From NCBI GenBank assembly GCA_014075215.1, contig CP046177.1:183291-247290 (forward strand): DNA of 64,000 bases, read 5' to 3'. Shown piece after piece: positions 37,643 through 48,313 of the stretch. Both the position numbers and the translations under genes were made by a program. Under the pieces are notes generated by a model, which saw only the letters and a list, made by a program, of their open reading frames with translations, did not search any database and had not been told where the DNA came from. How positions within the stretch are numbered: position 1 is the first letter of the stretch; each line of letters starts with the position of its first letter. This stretch comes from Flavobacteriaceae bacterium. GTDB lineage: Bacteria > Bacteroidota > Bacteroidia > Flavobacteriales > Flavobacteriaceae.

Positions 37643-40600
37643 ATGAGAGGCCTCATTCTATCAACCTTGTTTACATTGAGTTCATTTTTTGTCTCAGCGC
37701 AAAATATAACGGTGAAAGGTGTAGTTAAAGATGCAAAAACAGGAGAACCACTTCCCGGAGTAAATATTGCTGTTAAGAATACTTCAAAAGGGGATATTAC
37801 CGACCTTGACGGAAATTATACCATTGCTAATGTTCCCAGAGGTGCTGTTTTAGTATTTAGCTATTTGGGATACGTAACCAAAGAAGTAACTGTGGATAGT
37901 ACTACAATTAACGTATCTCTGGAAGAAAGTGCGGAAAAATTGGATGAAATAGTTGTCATCGGGTATGGAACACAGCGAAAAAAAGAAGTGACAGGAGCTG
38001 TTTCCGTGGTTTCCAGTGAAACGATTGAAGATTTAAAGCCGGTAAGAATAGAGCAAGCACTGCAAGGGCAGGTGGCTGGTGTCAATATTACCTCAGCTTC
38101 CGGTGCTCCGGGAGCGGCTTCCAACATTAGAATCCGGGGAATTTCTACGAATGGAAATAACAATCCTCTGATATTAGTAGATGGGAATCCGATTGAAGAC
38201 TTAAGTGTGCTAAACCCTGCGGATATAGCATCTATCAGTGTATTAAAAGATGCAACAGCAGGTATTTATGGTGTTAGAGGAGCGAACGGTGTGATATTGA
38301 TTACTACAAAATCAGGAAGAAAAAATACCGATTATAAAATTATATTCAATTCTTACATAGGATTCCAACAAACCACAAGGGAGATACCACTGTTAAATGC
38401 AACGGAATATGCATTATTGGCAAACGAAGCCTATGCGGCAAACGGACAGGCACTGCCTTTTACGGATGTAACCTCACTTGGACAGGGAACAGACTGGCAA
38501 AAAGAAGTGTTTAAAACAGCACCCATTTCCAGTGCAGATGTAACTATTAATAAAGGAACCAAAAAATCTACCTATTCTTTGGGAGTATCATTTTTAACAC
38601 AAGATGGTATTGTTGGGGAAACAAAAGCAAATTTTAACAGGAGAAACGTAAAATTCAATTTCAGTACTGACATTTTAGATAATTTAAAATTTACATCTTC
38701 CTCTCTATATATTAACACCAATAGTAAAGGTATTATCCAAAACACAATAGGCTCCATATTGTACAACGCATTAAACATGCCTCCAACCACTCCGGTTAGA
38801 AATGATACCGGTGAATTTTCCACGCCTCCCCCCATAGGAGTGGGTATAGAAGTGGCAAATCCGCTTGCGCAAATAGATGATGCACATAACAGAGTCTGGG
38901 TAGATAAATTTTCAGGAAGCCATGCTCTAAATTATCAGTTTTCAGATCATTTGAGCGCAGAATCCAGAATTCAATTTAACTATGCAACCGTTCAGGGAAA
39001 TACATTTACTCCTATCATTAATTACGGAGCAGGAAATGTATTCAATAATGAAAGGCCATCTTTTAATGTTTTTAAGACTGTGTTTAAAGACTATACATTT
39101 GATGCTTTTGTGAAGTATGAAAGAACTTTTAATGATATTCATGAAATCAAAGTATTATTGGGAACTTCGGTTTTTAGATCACAAGGAATTAATAAAAGGA
39201 ATATAACGAGTTTGGATGTTACGGGAACGGATTTAAACTCATCCGGCCTGAATGGGAGTATCATTGACAATCTAGCGTTAAGTAATCAACCCAGGGAATT
39301 TTTTGATAGTAGGTTACTTTCCTACTTTTCAAGATTTCAATATAGCTATGACAATAAATATTTGTTTTCTGCTGTGATAAGGAGGGATGGTTCGTCAAAT
39401 TTTGCCCCTCGAAACAAGTTTGGTTATTTCCCATCAGGATCAATTGGGTGGATAGCCTCTAATGAAGACTTTTTAAAAGGTTCCAATACGATTAACTTTT
39501 TAAAACTAAGAGCTAGTTACGGTATTATAGGAAATGACAGGATTCCCAGTTTTAGGTTCGTATCATTAGTATCCGGTGAAGGTGTATATGTATTCAATGA
39601 CCAAATAACATTTGGTACGGCTCTGGGGGCCATATCAAACCCGGAAATTAAATGGGAAAAAAACAAACCTTTGGATATCGGGTTAGATATAGGGCTGTTT
39701 AATAAGGTTGATATTACCTTAGACTACTTCAATAAAAAAACGGAAGATCTTTTGGTGGAACCCCAGGTTTCCGGAATTTTAGGATCTACTGCACCCGGTT
39801 CCGGTCTACCTACTATTAATGCCGGTACTGTGGAGAATAAAGGTTTTGAGTTTTCTATCAGCTATAAAGACCATATAGGAGAAGATTTTAACTTTAATAT
39901 GAACTACAATTTTACTACATTGGAAAACAACGTTTTGTTTGTAGGCAGTGATTCCGGTTTTCTGGCCGGAGGTTCTTTTGGCATTGGCCAGGATCCGCCT
40001 TCGAGAATGGAAGCAGGGTTTCCTATAGGGTACTTTTATGGGTATCGAACAAACGGAATATTCCAAAATCAAACAGAAGTAGATGCCCATGCTACACAAA
40101 TGAATGCAACTCCGGGAGATTTACGCTTTGTAGATGTTAACGGAGACGGTGTTATTAATACGGATGACAGAACATATATTGGCGATCCCATACCTGATAT
40201 CACTATGGGACTAAATTTTTCTTTCGATTATAAAAATTTTGATTTTAATATGTATGCCTTTGCATCTGTTGGCAATGAGATTGTAAGGAATTACGAAAGA
40301 AACCAGCCGCTCACAAACAGGACTGTATATTATCTGGACAGATGGAGAGGGCAAGGGACAAGTACTACTTTTCCCAGAGTAACTACCGGAGCAACAGGAA
40401 ACACCTTATTCTCGGATTTTTATGTGGAGGACGGCTCTTTTGTCAGATTACAAAATATTCAGGTAGGATACACACTGAATGAAGAAAGTACTCAAAAAGT
40501 AGGTTTTGATAAAGTTAGATTTTATCTGTCAAGTAATAATCTCTTTACCTTAACCAAATACAGAGGTTATGACCCAACCACATCTAATGGAGCTCCCATA

Positions 40601-40672
40601 GGTGGTGGTATAGATCAAGGGTTTTATCCAAACCCTAAGACATTTTTATTAGGCTTAAATGTTAATTTTTAA
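37643..40672 (+). CDS. susC: SusC/RagA-family TonB-dependent outer-membrane transporter
   Basis: 1009-aa ORF with a signal peptide and a carboxypeptidase-regulatory-like N-domain (ITVKGVVKDAKTGEPLPGVNI). It also has a TonB box/plug (DEIVVIGYGTQRKKEVTGAV) and a C-terminal barrel ending ...LGLNVNF. Confidence 0.9.
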   Translation: MRGLILSTLFTLSSFFVSAQNITVKGVVKDAKTGEPLPGVNIAVKNTSKGDITDLDGNYTIANVPRGAVLVFSYLGYVTKEVTVDSTTINVSLEESAEKLDEIVVIGYGTQRKKEVTGAVSVVSSETIEDLKPVRIEQALQGQVAGVNITSASGAPGAASNIRIRGISTNGNNNPLILVDGNPIEDLSVLNPADIASISVLKDATAGIYGVRGANGVILITTKSGRKNTDYKIIFNSYIGFQQTTREIPLLNATEYALLANEAYAANGQALPFTDVTSLGQGTDWQKEVFKTAPISSADVTINKGTKKSTYSLGVSFLTQDGIVGETKANFNRRNVKFNFSTDILDNLKFTSSSLYINTNSKGIIQNTIGSILYNALNMPPTTPVRNDTGEFSTPPPIGVGIEVANPLAQIDDAHNRVWVDKFSGSHALNYQFSDHLSAESRIQFNYATVQGNTFTPIINYGAGNVFNNERPSFNVFKTVFKDYTFDAFVKYERTFNDIHEIKVLLGTSVFRSQGINKRNITSLDVTGTDLNSSGLNGSIIDNLALSNQPREFFDSRLLSYFSRFQYSYDNKYLFSAVIRRDGSSNFAPRNKFGYFPSGSIGWIASNEDFLKGSNTINFLKLRASYGIIGNDRIPSFRFVSLVSGEGVYVFNDQITFGTALGAISNPEIKWEKNKPLDIGLDIGLFNKVDITLDYFNKKTEDLLVEPQVSGILGSTAPGSGLPTINAGTVENKGFEFSISYKDHIGEDFNFNMNYNFTTLENNVLFVGSDSGFLAGGSFGIGQDPPSRMEAGFPIGYFYGYRTNGIFQNQTEVDAHATQMNATPGDLRFVDVNGDGVINTDDRTYIGDPIPDITMGLNFSFDYKNFDFNMYAFASVGNEIVRNYERNQPLTNRTVYYLDRWRGQGTSTTFPRVTTGATGNTLFSDFYVEDGSFVRLQNIQVGYTLNEESTQKVGFDKVRFYLSSNNLFTLTKYRGYDPTTSNGAPIGGGIDQGFYPNPKTFLLGLNVNF

Positions 40673-40682
40673 TAGCAGAACA

Positions 40683-42179
40683 ATGAAAAAATTAAACTTA
40701 AAGTTTTTAATTACTTTAATAGTGTTAGTAACAGCTACTACTTCATGTAATGATGATTTTGTTGATGTGCCTTCAACTGCAGAAAATTCCGAAGATTATT
40801 TTAACTCGGAAGCAGACTACCGGAATGCGCTCATAGGCGCATACGATTTATTGCAAGCTACTTATGTAAATGTACTATTAGGAGAAATAGCTTCTGACAA
40901 TACGCTGTGTGGAGGGGAAAATGCAACGGATGTTATTGGTTTTCAGGAGATTGATGACATGATACACACCCCTCAAAACAGTAATTTAAGAGATTTATGG
41001 AGTTGGATGTTTGCAGGGGTAAACAGAGCAAATTATATCCTGGAGTTCCAAAATAAAACAGACTTTACAGGTAAGGAACAGGTGCTGGCACAAGCTCGCT
41101 TCCTAAGAGCTTATTACTATTTTGAATTGGTTAAATGGTTTGGAGATGTCCCTTTAGTAGTAGACAGAAGGTTCTTATTCGGAGATCAATTTACAGTTGA
41201 CAGAACTCCCAGGACGCAAGTATATGCACAAATAGAGGCAGATTTAATATATGCCGCAGACAACCTACCTTACACACAAGCAGAAACAGGTAGAATTACC
41301 AAGGGTGCAGCTCAGGCACTATTAGGTAAAGCTTATTTATACCAAAATAAGTTTATCGAAGCAGCTACCGTTTTAGAAAACTTAATTCAAAATGGCCCTC
41401 ATGATTTGGTGGCTACTCCAAACGATATTTTTGAATTGGATGATGAAAATAATATAGAGTCCGTTTTTGAAGTACAATACTCGGAATTAGAAGGAGCCGG
41501 CTTTGGTTGTTTGCAATGTAGTGAAGGTAATGTTGCTGTCGGATTCAGTGGGGTTAGAAACTATGTTGCCGAACCTAATACTCCGGGAGATATTTACTCT
41601 TCAGGGTTTAGCTTTAATGTACCTGTACAGGAAGTGGTAGATGAATTTGAAGCAGGAGATCTGAGAAAAGATGTAGCTATATTAGATATAGATGCCTGGG
41701 CTGCACAAACGGGAATTACTTTTGGTACAGGTTACGAACATACAGGGTATTTTAATAGAAAGTATATTCCAAGAAAAAGATCAGCAAATGCATCGGGAGA
41801 TAGAAATTTAACAAACCCTAACAACTACAGATCCATTCGTTTTGCGGATGTACTTTTAATGGCTGCCGAAGCCTTCAATAGAAGAAGTACTCCGGACGAT
41901 GCAAAAGCACAAACATACTTAAACAGAGTACGAAGACGTGCATTTGGAGATATGGCACATGACATTTCGAGTACTGGATCTACCTTAACAAATGCTATTT
42001 ATCATGAAAGAAGAGTAGAACTAATGGGAGAAGGACACCGGTTTTTCGATTTGGTAAGAACAGGTAGGGCTGCACAGGAGATAGATGGTTTTGTCTCCGG
42101 TAAACATGAATTATTCCCCATTCCGGCAATTGAAATCCAATTGGCAGGAAACAGATGGGCGCAAAATCCTAATTATTAA
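40683..42179 (+). CDS. susD: SusD/RagB-family nutrient-binding lipoprotein
   Basis: Track ORF 40659..42179. I prefer the start at MKKLNLKFLITLIVLVTATTSC (lipobox). The C-terminal ERRVELMGEGHRFFDLVR is a SusD signature. Confidence 0.9.
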   Translation: MKKLNLKFLITLIVLVTATTSCNDDFVDVPSTAENSEDYFNSEADYRNALIGAYDLLQATYVNVLLGEIASDNTLCGGENATDVIGFQEIDDMIHTPQNSNLRDLWSWMFAGVNRANYILEFQNKTDFTGKEQVLAQARFLRAYYYFELVKWFGDVPLVVDRRFLFGDQFTVDRTPRTQVYAQIEADLIYAADNLPYTQAETGRITKGAAQALLGKAYLYQNKFIEAATVLENLIQNGPHDLVATPNDIFELDDENNIESVFEVQYSELEGAGFGCLQCSEGNVAVGFSGVRNYVAEPNTPGDIYSSGFSFNVPVQEVVDEFEAGDLRKDVAILDIDAWAAQTGITFGTGYEHTGYFNRKYIPRKRSANASGDRNLTNPNNYRSIRFADVLLMAAEAFNRRSTPDDAKAQTYLNRVRRRAFGDMAHDISSTGSTLTNAIYHERRVELMGEGHRFFDLVRTGRAAQEIDGFVSGKHELFPIPAIEIQLAGNRWAQNPNY

Positions 42180-42189
42180 AAATGAAATC

Positions 42190-44223
42190 ATGAAAAGTTT
42201 AAAAAATATTTATGTTATTCTTTTATTATTACTAACAGCTATAAGCTGTACCGATGATATAAGAGATACTTCATTTGCCAGTACTATTGAAGCGCCGGGT
42301 AATGTAAGTGCTTTATACGATATTACTCAGGATAATACAGGAACAGTGACCATTACGCCAAGTGCAAACGGAGCTACTCAATTTGATATCTATTATGGTG
42401 ATAGTACAGTAGATCCTGTCAGAATTGCAAATGGTCAAAGCACAAATCATGTATATGCGGAAGGGACGTATGACGTGAGAATTGTAGCATATAACTCAAA
42501 CAATATTACTACGGAAGCTACTCAGCAATTGGTAGTTTCTTTTAGAGCCCCGGAAAATTTAGTGGTAGTTATAGAAAATGATGCTGCGGTTTCTAAAAAA
42601 GTCAACATAACAGCCAATGCGGATTTTGCTGCTATGTTTGATTTTTACTCAGGAGAATCTGCAAGTACCACACCTGATGTTTCAGGAAATATCGGGACAA
42701 CCATATCATATACATATACAAATGCAGGCACCTATGCTGTTAGAGTGGTAGCTAAAGGTGGAGCCATAGCAACTACGGAATACACAGAAAATTTTGTTGT
42801 AACAGAAATTTTACAACCGATAGCTTCCGCAGCTACACCACCTGGAAGAAATGAAACAGATGTCATTTCTATTTTTAGCGGTCCATATACAGATGCCTCT
42901 GGCACAGATTACAACCCAAATTGGGGACAAGCTACTGTATATAATGCATTTGATTTAAGTGGTGATGCCATACTTCAGTATAGTAATCTAAATTACCAGG
43001 GGATACAGTTTGGCAGTGCCCAAGATGTTTCCAATATGGAATTTTTACATGTAGATGTTTGGACAACAGATGTAACAAGAATAGAAACTTCTTTAATTAG
43101 TTTAACAAATGGCGAAAAACCTGTTTGGACAAACCTAACTGCTGATACATGGACAAGTGTAGACATTCCGATTTCAGCATTTACAGATCAGGGATTAACC
43201 GTTGCAGATATTCATCAATTGAAATTTGTTGGAGATCCTTCCGGAGGAACCGTCTTTATTGATAATATTTATTTTTGGAAAGCACCTTCAAGTGTATCCA
43301 CACAATCAGTTGAGGATTTTGAAGGCACACCACCTACATTTACTGTTTTCGGAGGTATTGCAGCTACGGAGGTAGTGGCAAACCCGGATGCTACGGGCAC
43401 TAATACAACAGCAAATGTTGCGAAACTTACTAAAACAAATGGTGGTGAAGTTTGGGCAGGTACATTTTTTGAAATAGCCTCTCCTTTGGATTTGGTAAAC
43501 TACAGTAAAATAAGCGTCAAAACCTGGTCGCCGAAAACAGGAGCGCAAGTGAAGCTTAAACTGGAAAATGCAGATGCAAGTATCACTCATGAAGTAGATA
43601 TCAATACAACAGTATCAAATTCATGGGAAGAACTGATATATGATTTTAGCGCGGCACCAACAGCTGATTATACAAGAGTAGTGATATTCTTTGATTTTGG
43701 AAACGCAGGTGATGATTCCGTATATTACTATGACGAAATTAATCTGGTAAACGATTCGGGACCTTCACCCTTGCTGTTTCAGGATTTTGAAGGCTCATCA
43801 CCTACATTTACTGTTTTCGGAGGTATTGCAGCTACGGAGGTAGTGGCAAATCCGGATGCTACGGGAGCTAATACGACAGCTAATGTAGCAAAACTCACTA
43901 AAACCAGTGGTAGTGAGGTTTGGGCAGGTACATTTTTTGAGGTAACTTCTCCTCTGGATTTTACAAACTACAGTAAAATAAGTGTCAAAACCTGGTCGCC
44001 GAAAACAGGAGCGCAAGTGAAGCTTAAACTGGAAAATGCAGATGCAAGTATCACTCATGAAGTAGATATCAATACAACAGTATCAAATTCATGGGAAGAA
44101 CTGATATATGATTTTAGCGCGGCACCAACAGCTGATTATACAAGAGTAGTGATATTCTTTGATTTTGGAAACGCAGGTGATGATTCCGTATATTACTATG
44201 ACGAGCTAACGCTTACAAATTAA
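42190..44223 (+). CDS. Surface glycan-binding-type lipoprotein (PKD-like repeats plus two tandem CBM-like domains)
   Basis: Track ORF 42085..44223. I prefer the start at MKSLKNIYVILLLLLTAISC (42190, lipobox). It sits directly downstream of susD. The two C-terminal 156-aa domains are nearly identical. Confidence 0.75.
   Translation: MKSLKNIYVILLLLLTAISCTDDIRDTSFASTIEAPGNVSALYDITQDNTGTVTITPSANGATQFDIYYGDSTVDPVRIANGQSTNHVYAEGTYDVRIVAYNSNNITTEATQQLVVSFRAPENLVVVIENDAAVSKKVNITANADFAAMFDFYSGESASTTPDVSGNIGTTISYTYTNAGTYAVRVVAKGGAIATTEYTENFVVTEILQPIASAATPPGRNETDVISIFSGPYTDASGTDYNPNWGQATVYNAFDLSGDAILQYSNLNYQGIQFGSAQDVSNMEFLHVDVWTTDVTRIETSLISLTNGEKPVWTNLTADTWTSVDIPISAFTDQGLTVADIHQLKFVGDPSGGTVFIDNIYFWKAPSSVSTQSVEDFEGTPPTFTVFGGIAATEVVANPDATGTNTTANVAKLTKTNGGEVWAGTFFEIASPLDLVNYSKISVKTWSPKTGAQVKLKLENADASITHEVDINTTVSNSWEELIYDFSAAPTADYTRVVIFFDFGNAGDDSVYYYDEINLVNDSGPSPLLFQDFEGSSPTFTVFGGIAATEVVANPDATGANTTANVAKLTKTSGSEVWAGTFFEVTSPLDFTNYSKISVKTWSPKTGAQVKLKLENADASITHEVDINTTVSNSWEELIYDFSAAPTADYTRVVIFFDFGNAGDDSVYYYDELTLTN
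43309..44220 (+). repeat. Intragenic tandem duplication, period 468 bp
   Basis: CACCTACATT recurs at 43331 and 43799. About 220 bp (roughly 43520-43740 versus 43988-44208) appear identical, while the N-terminal parts of the units differ at scattered sites. Confidence 0.85.
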
Positions 44224-44247
44224 GGATAAGAATTTTAAAATACAATT

Positions 44248-45192
44248 ATGAAAAAATTAAAAAATATAATACGTTTGATTGCTGCAGTTCCGATCTTATT
44301 CATGGGCTGTCAGGACAATAATTTTACATTTGGCGATATTGTAACACCGTCTAATATTCAAATAACGGCTACTATTGTAGGAGCGGACGCAGCGAATCCT
44401 AATGGAGATGGTTCGGGAACTGTTCATTTTTCGGCAACGGCGGACAATGCAGTATCTTTTAAATATGTATACAATGGAATAGAACAAGTTGCACCGTCGG
44501 GAAGAATAACCTATAATTTTAGCGTTTTGGGGCTAAACACACACACGGTAACGGTAGTTGCTTCCGGAACAGCAGGCGTAACTTCAAGTGCATCTATACA
44601 GGTACAGGTATTAGCAACTTACGAGCCTCCGGCAGACTTAAAAACAAAATTATATGATTTTGATCCGGCGAATCCTACGGCAGCTTCTTCAAGAACATGG
44701 AGAATAAAATCTGAAAAAGCCGGGCATTTTGGATTAGGGCCTGTGGGAGGAACTACACCTTCGGAATGGTACGGTGCCGGTCCGAATGAAAAAGTAGGAG
44801 TTGGGATGTATGATGATCGCTTTGTTTTTAATTCCGATGGAACATATATGCATATTACAAACAATACAAATGATGCATCCGGAACGGATACTTCTGGAAC
44901 AATTTTTGGTCGTAACCCACATATAGTTAACGATTTAGGATCAAACACAGGCGTTATAAATGGTGCCGATATAGAAAACTATGTATATAGCGATTATTCA
45001 GAAACGTGGTCATTAACAGCTCCTGGAGGTGTTGAAACATTAAGTCTTACGGGACTAGGTTTTATTGGATATTATACTGGAGGAAATCATACATATCAAA
45101 TTTTTGATCGAAGTGTAGCTAATGAATTACTGTTACGAACTACCGATGCTGCTGGTGAATTTGACTGGTGGTTTATTATTACATCGGATTAG
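44248..45192 (+). CDS. PUL-associated lipoprotein (PKD-like N-domain plus beta-rich C-domain)
   Basis: 314-aa ORF starting MKKLKNIIRLIAAVPILFMGC (lipobox). Its function is unknown; a glycan-binding role is inferred only from context. Confidence 0.6.
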   Translation: MKKLKNIIRLIAAVPILFMGCQDNNFTFGDIVTPSNIQITATIVGADAANPNGDGSGTVHFSATADNAVSFKYVYNGIEQVAPSGRITYNFSVLGLNTHTVTVVASGTAGVTSSASIQVQVLATYEPPADLKTKLYDFDPANPTAASSRTWRIKSEKAGHFGLGPVGGTTPSEWYGAGPNEKVGVGMYDDRFVFNSDGTYMHITNNTNDASGTDTSGTIFGRNPHIVNDLGSNTGVINGADIENYVYSDYSETWSLTAPGGVETLSLTGLGFIGYYTGGNHTYQIFDRSVANELLLRTTDAAGEFDWWFIITSD

Positions 45193-45244
45193 TGAAATCT
45201 CTTAAATACTATACTTATAGAAAATCACATTTTAAGTCGAGACC

Positions 45245-47530
45245 ATGAAAAAAAGTAATTTACTACCCCTAACTTTCCTTATATTACTATTTGTAGTTTC
45301 ATGCGCTACGAAGATAGACCCGGAAACATACAAAAACCCAAACGCTCCTGTTGAAGATCGGGTAAATTCACTCCTGTCTGTAATGACATTAGAAGAAAAA
45401 GTGGGGCAAATGAACCAATACAATGGTTTTTGGGATTTAACAGGCCCGGCTCCCGGTAGTGGTGATGCAGCTAAAAAATATGAGCACCTGAAAAAAGGCC
45501 GGGTAGGATCAATGCTAAATGTAAGAGGGGTTCAAAATGTAAGAAAAGTACAAAAGATCGCGGTCGAAGAATCCGGGTTAGGCATTCCTTTGATCATAGG
45601 CTTTGATGTAATTCACGGGTATAAAACACAATCACCCATACCCTTGGCAGAATCTGCCAGTTGGGATTTGGAAGCTATTAAGAGATCTGCCAGGATGGCT
45701 GCTGTGGAGGCCTCTGCAGCAGGAATTAACTGGACATTTGCACCTATGATCGATATTTCCAGAGATGCCCGATGGGGGAGAGTCATGGAAGGAGCAGGGG
45801 AAGACACCTATTTGGGAAGTAAAATAGCTGCGGCCAGAGTACGAGGATTTCAGGGCAGTGACCTGAGTCGGCATAATACTATTGCAGCTTGTGCAAAACA
45901 TTTTGCAGCATACGGCTTTGCAGCATCAGGAAAAGATTATAATACTGCAGATATAGGAACTTCCACGCTGTACAACACTGTTTTCCCTCCGTTTCAGGCG
46001 GCTGTAAAGGCAGACGTAAAAACAGTTATGAACTCTTTTAATGAGATAAATGGAATTCCGGCTACCGGTGATTCGTTCCTGCAAAGAGATATTCTGAAAG
46101 GCAAATGGGGATTTGAAGGATTTGTTATTTCAGACTGGGGATCCTTGGCGGAAATGATAGCACATGGATATGCGGAAGACAAAGAACACGCTGCGGAACT
46201 GGCTGCTAAAGCAGGATCTGATATGGATATGGAATCTTATGCTTATGTAAATCATTTGGCAGGCCTTGTAAAAGAAGGAAAAGTAAAAGAACCTCTAATA
46301 GATGATGCAGTAAAAAGGATTTTGAAGGTTAAATTTGAATTAGGGCTTTTTGAAGACCCTTATAAGTACTGTGATGAAGCCAGGGAAAAGGAAGTTATCG
46401 GTAGTAAGCAAATACATGATGCTGCTTTGGATATGGCAAAAAAATCGATTGTTTTGCTTAAAAATGAAGGAAATATATTACCACTTAAAAAGAACGGACA
46501 GAAAATTGCACTTATAGGTGCGCTAGCTTCAGATAAGAACAGCCCTTTAGGAAATTGGCGATTGGCTGCAAAAGATGATTCTGCCGTTTCTGTCTTGGAA
46601 GGAATGCAATCCTATAAAGGAAATACTTTACTATATGCAGAAGGCGCTAAAGTATCTGTCGGTACTACCAATTTTTTTACTGAAGTAACCATTAATACTA
46701 CAGATACATCCGGATTTAAAAAGGCTATTTCTGTCGCTAAAAAAGCGGACGTAGTAGTGATGGTTTTAGGAGAAGTAGGTTTCCAGAGCGGAGAAGGAAG
46801 AAGCAGAGCCAATTTAGGATTACCAGGTGTTCAGCAAAAATTATTGGAAGTGGTTTATAAGGCAAATAAAAACATCGTGTTAGTATTAAATAACGGAAGA
46901 CCTTTGGCAATTAATTGGGCAGATGAAAATATTCCTGCTATTCTGGAAGCCTGGCAATTAGGTTCGCAAAGCGGTAATGCTATAGCTCAGGTACTATATG
47001 GCGACTATAACCCCAGTGGTAAATTGCCCATGAGTTTTCCAAGAGATGTAGGCCAGATGCCTCTTTATTATAATTATAAAAATACCGGAAGACCGGGACC
47101 TAAAAAAGAAGTTTTCTGGACACATTATCAAGATATGGAGAACACTCCTCTGTATCCTTTTGGATATGGCTTGAGTTATACTTCTTTTGAATATTCGAAT
47201 ATCAGTGTACAAAATAATTACACCTCTGATAAGACTGTTAAAATAACAGTTGATATAAAAAATACCGGTAAAACGGATGGTAAAGAGGTAGCTCAATTAT
47301 ATATTCGGGATCTTTTTGCAAGTGTTACAAGGCCGGTAAGAGAATTAAAAGGATTTGAGTTAATCCCTTTAAAAACAGGTGAAACAAAAAAAATCTCTTT
47401 TACCTTAACAGATGAAGAGCTTGGTTTTTATGATAATGAAGGTGTGTTTTTAGTAGAACCGGGAACATTTAAAGTATTTGTCGGAGGCAGCTCCTATGCA
47501 AGTTTAACATCTGAATTTGAATTAGAATGA
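45245..47530 (+). CDS. bglX: GH3 beta-glucosidase
   Basis: 761-aa ORF with a lipoprotein signal. Motifs are GQMNQ, GFDVIHG, SRDARWGR and GFVISDWG (nucleophile Asp), followed by a C-terminal Fn3-like domain. Confidence 0.85.
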   Translation: MKKSNLLPLTFLILLFVVSCATKIDPETYKNPNAPVEDRVNSLLSVMTLEEKVGQMNQYNGFWDLTGPAPGSGDAAKKYEHLKKGRVGSMLNVRGVQNVRKVQKIAVEESGLGIPLIIGFDVIHGYKTQSPIPLAESASWDLEAIKRSARMAAVEASAAGINWTFAPMIDISRDARWGRVMEGAGEDTYLGSKIAAARVRGFQGSDLSRHNTIAACAKHFAAYGFAASGKDYNTADIGTSTLYNTVFPPFQAAVKADVKTVMNSFNEINGIPATGDSFLQRDILKGKWGFEGFVISDWGSLAEMIAHGYAEDKEHAAELAAKAGSDMDMESYAYVNHLAGLVKEGKVKEPLIDDAVKRILKVKFELGLFEDPYKYCDEAREKEVIGSKQIHDAALDMAKKSIVLLKNEGNILPLKKNGQKIALIGALASDKNSPLGNWRLAAKDDSAVSVLEGMQSYKGNTLLYAEGAKVSVGTTNFFTEVTINTTDTSGFKKAISVAKKADVVVMVLGEVGFQSGEGRSRANLGLPGVQQKLLEVVYKANKNIVLVLNNGRPLAINWADENIPAILEAWQLGSQSGNAIAQVLYGDYNPSGKLPMSFPRDVGQMPLYYNYKNTGRPGPKKEVFWTHYQDMENTPLYPFGYGLSYTSFEYSNISVQNNYTSDKTVKITVDIKNTGKTDGKEVAQLYIRDLFASVTRPVRELKGFELIPLKTGETKKISFTLTDEELGFYDNEGVFLVEPGTFKVFVGGSSYASLTSEFELE

Positions 47531-48288
47531 AAAAATTAACTTCATTTATTACTATACTATTACCTTTCATTATTTCATGTAGTGAAAAAGAAGTAATTTT
47601 TGAAGATCATTTTTCTTCTCAAACTTTAGATGAATCTTCTTGGAACTACGATATAGGAGACGGCTGTCCAAATCTTTGTGGTTGGGGAAACAACGAACGT
47701 CAGTTATATACCAAAGAGAATGTATCAGTAAAAAATGGAAATTTGGTGATTACTGCAACTAAAAAAGATACAGCGTATTATTCAGGAAAGATTCACACAA
47801 AACAAAAAGTAGCATTTCAATATGGTATCGTAGAAGTAAGAGCAAAACTTCCCTTGGGAAGCGGTTTATGGCCGGCAATTTGGATGCTTGGAAACGATAT
47901 TGATGAGAACGGGTGGCCAAATTGCGGAGAAATTGATATTATGGAATACGTAGGTAAAGAGCCACATACCTTATATACTTCCTTACATACTCCGGATAGC
48001 TTTGGAAATACGATTAACTCCAAAAAGACAATAAAAGAAAATTTAGAAGAAGGATTTCACATATATAAAACAAATTGGACAAAAGATGAAATCTCATTTT
48101 ACTTGGATGACGAGCTAGTATATACCTTTTCTCCTGAAATAAAGAATATCAAAAATTGGCCTTTTAACAAACCTTTCTATATAGTTCTTAATTTAGCTGT
48201 TGGAGGGAATTTTGGAGGCCCGGAGGTAGATGATTCTATTTTTCCTCAAAAATTTATAATTGATTATGTAAAAGTGTATAAAAATTAA
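47527..48288 (+). CDS. GH16 endo-1,3-beta-glucanase (laminarinase-type)
   Basis: 253-aa ORF with a lipobox (LLPFIISC). It has the catalytic ExDxxE motif in GEIDIMEY and WPAIWMLG. Confidence 0.85.
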   Translation: MKKLTSFITILLPFIISCSEKEVIFEDHFSSQTLDESSWNYDIGDGCPNLCGWGNNERQLYTKENVSVKNGNLVITATKKDTAYYSGKIHTKQKVAFQYGIVEVRAKLPLGSGLWPAIWMLGNDIDENGWPNCGEIDIMEYVGKEPHTLYTSLHTPDSFGNTINSKKTIKENLEEGFHIYKTNWTKDEISFYLDDELVYTFSPEIKNIKNWPFNKPFYIVLNLAVGGNFGGPEVDDSIFPQKFIIDYVKVYKN

Positions 48289-48313
48289 TTCTAAAAACCA
48301 TTAAATTTAAATT

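Noticed and set aside
42085-42189. Upstream-extended starts in the track: 42085 for the lipoprotein, 40659 for SusD, 1878 for the amidase, 28907 for TolC, 32633 for cox III and 15077 for the SPOR protein
   Set aside because: The extensions overlap the preceding gene or precede an obvious signal peptide or lipobox that begins at an internal Met. The internal starts were preferred.
43306-44058. Two near-identical minus-strand ORFs (43306..43590 and 43798..44058)
   Set aside because: They are antisense images of the duplicated CBM-like domain. Their duplication only mirrors the + strand repeat.
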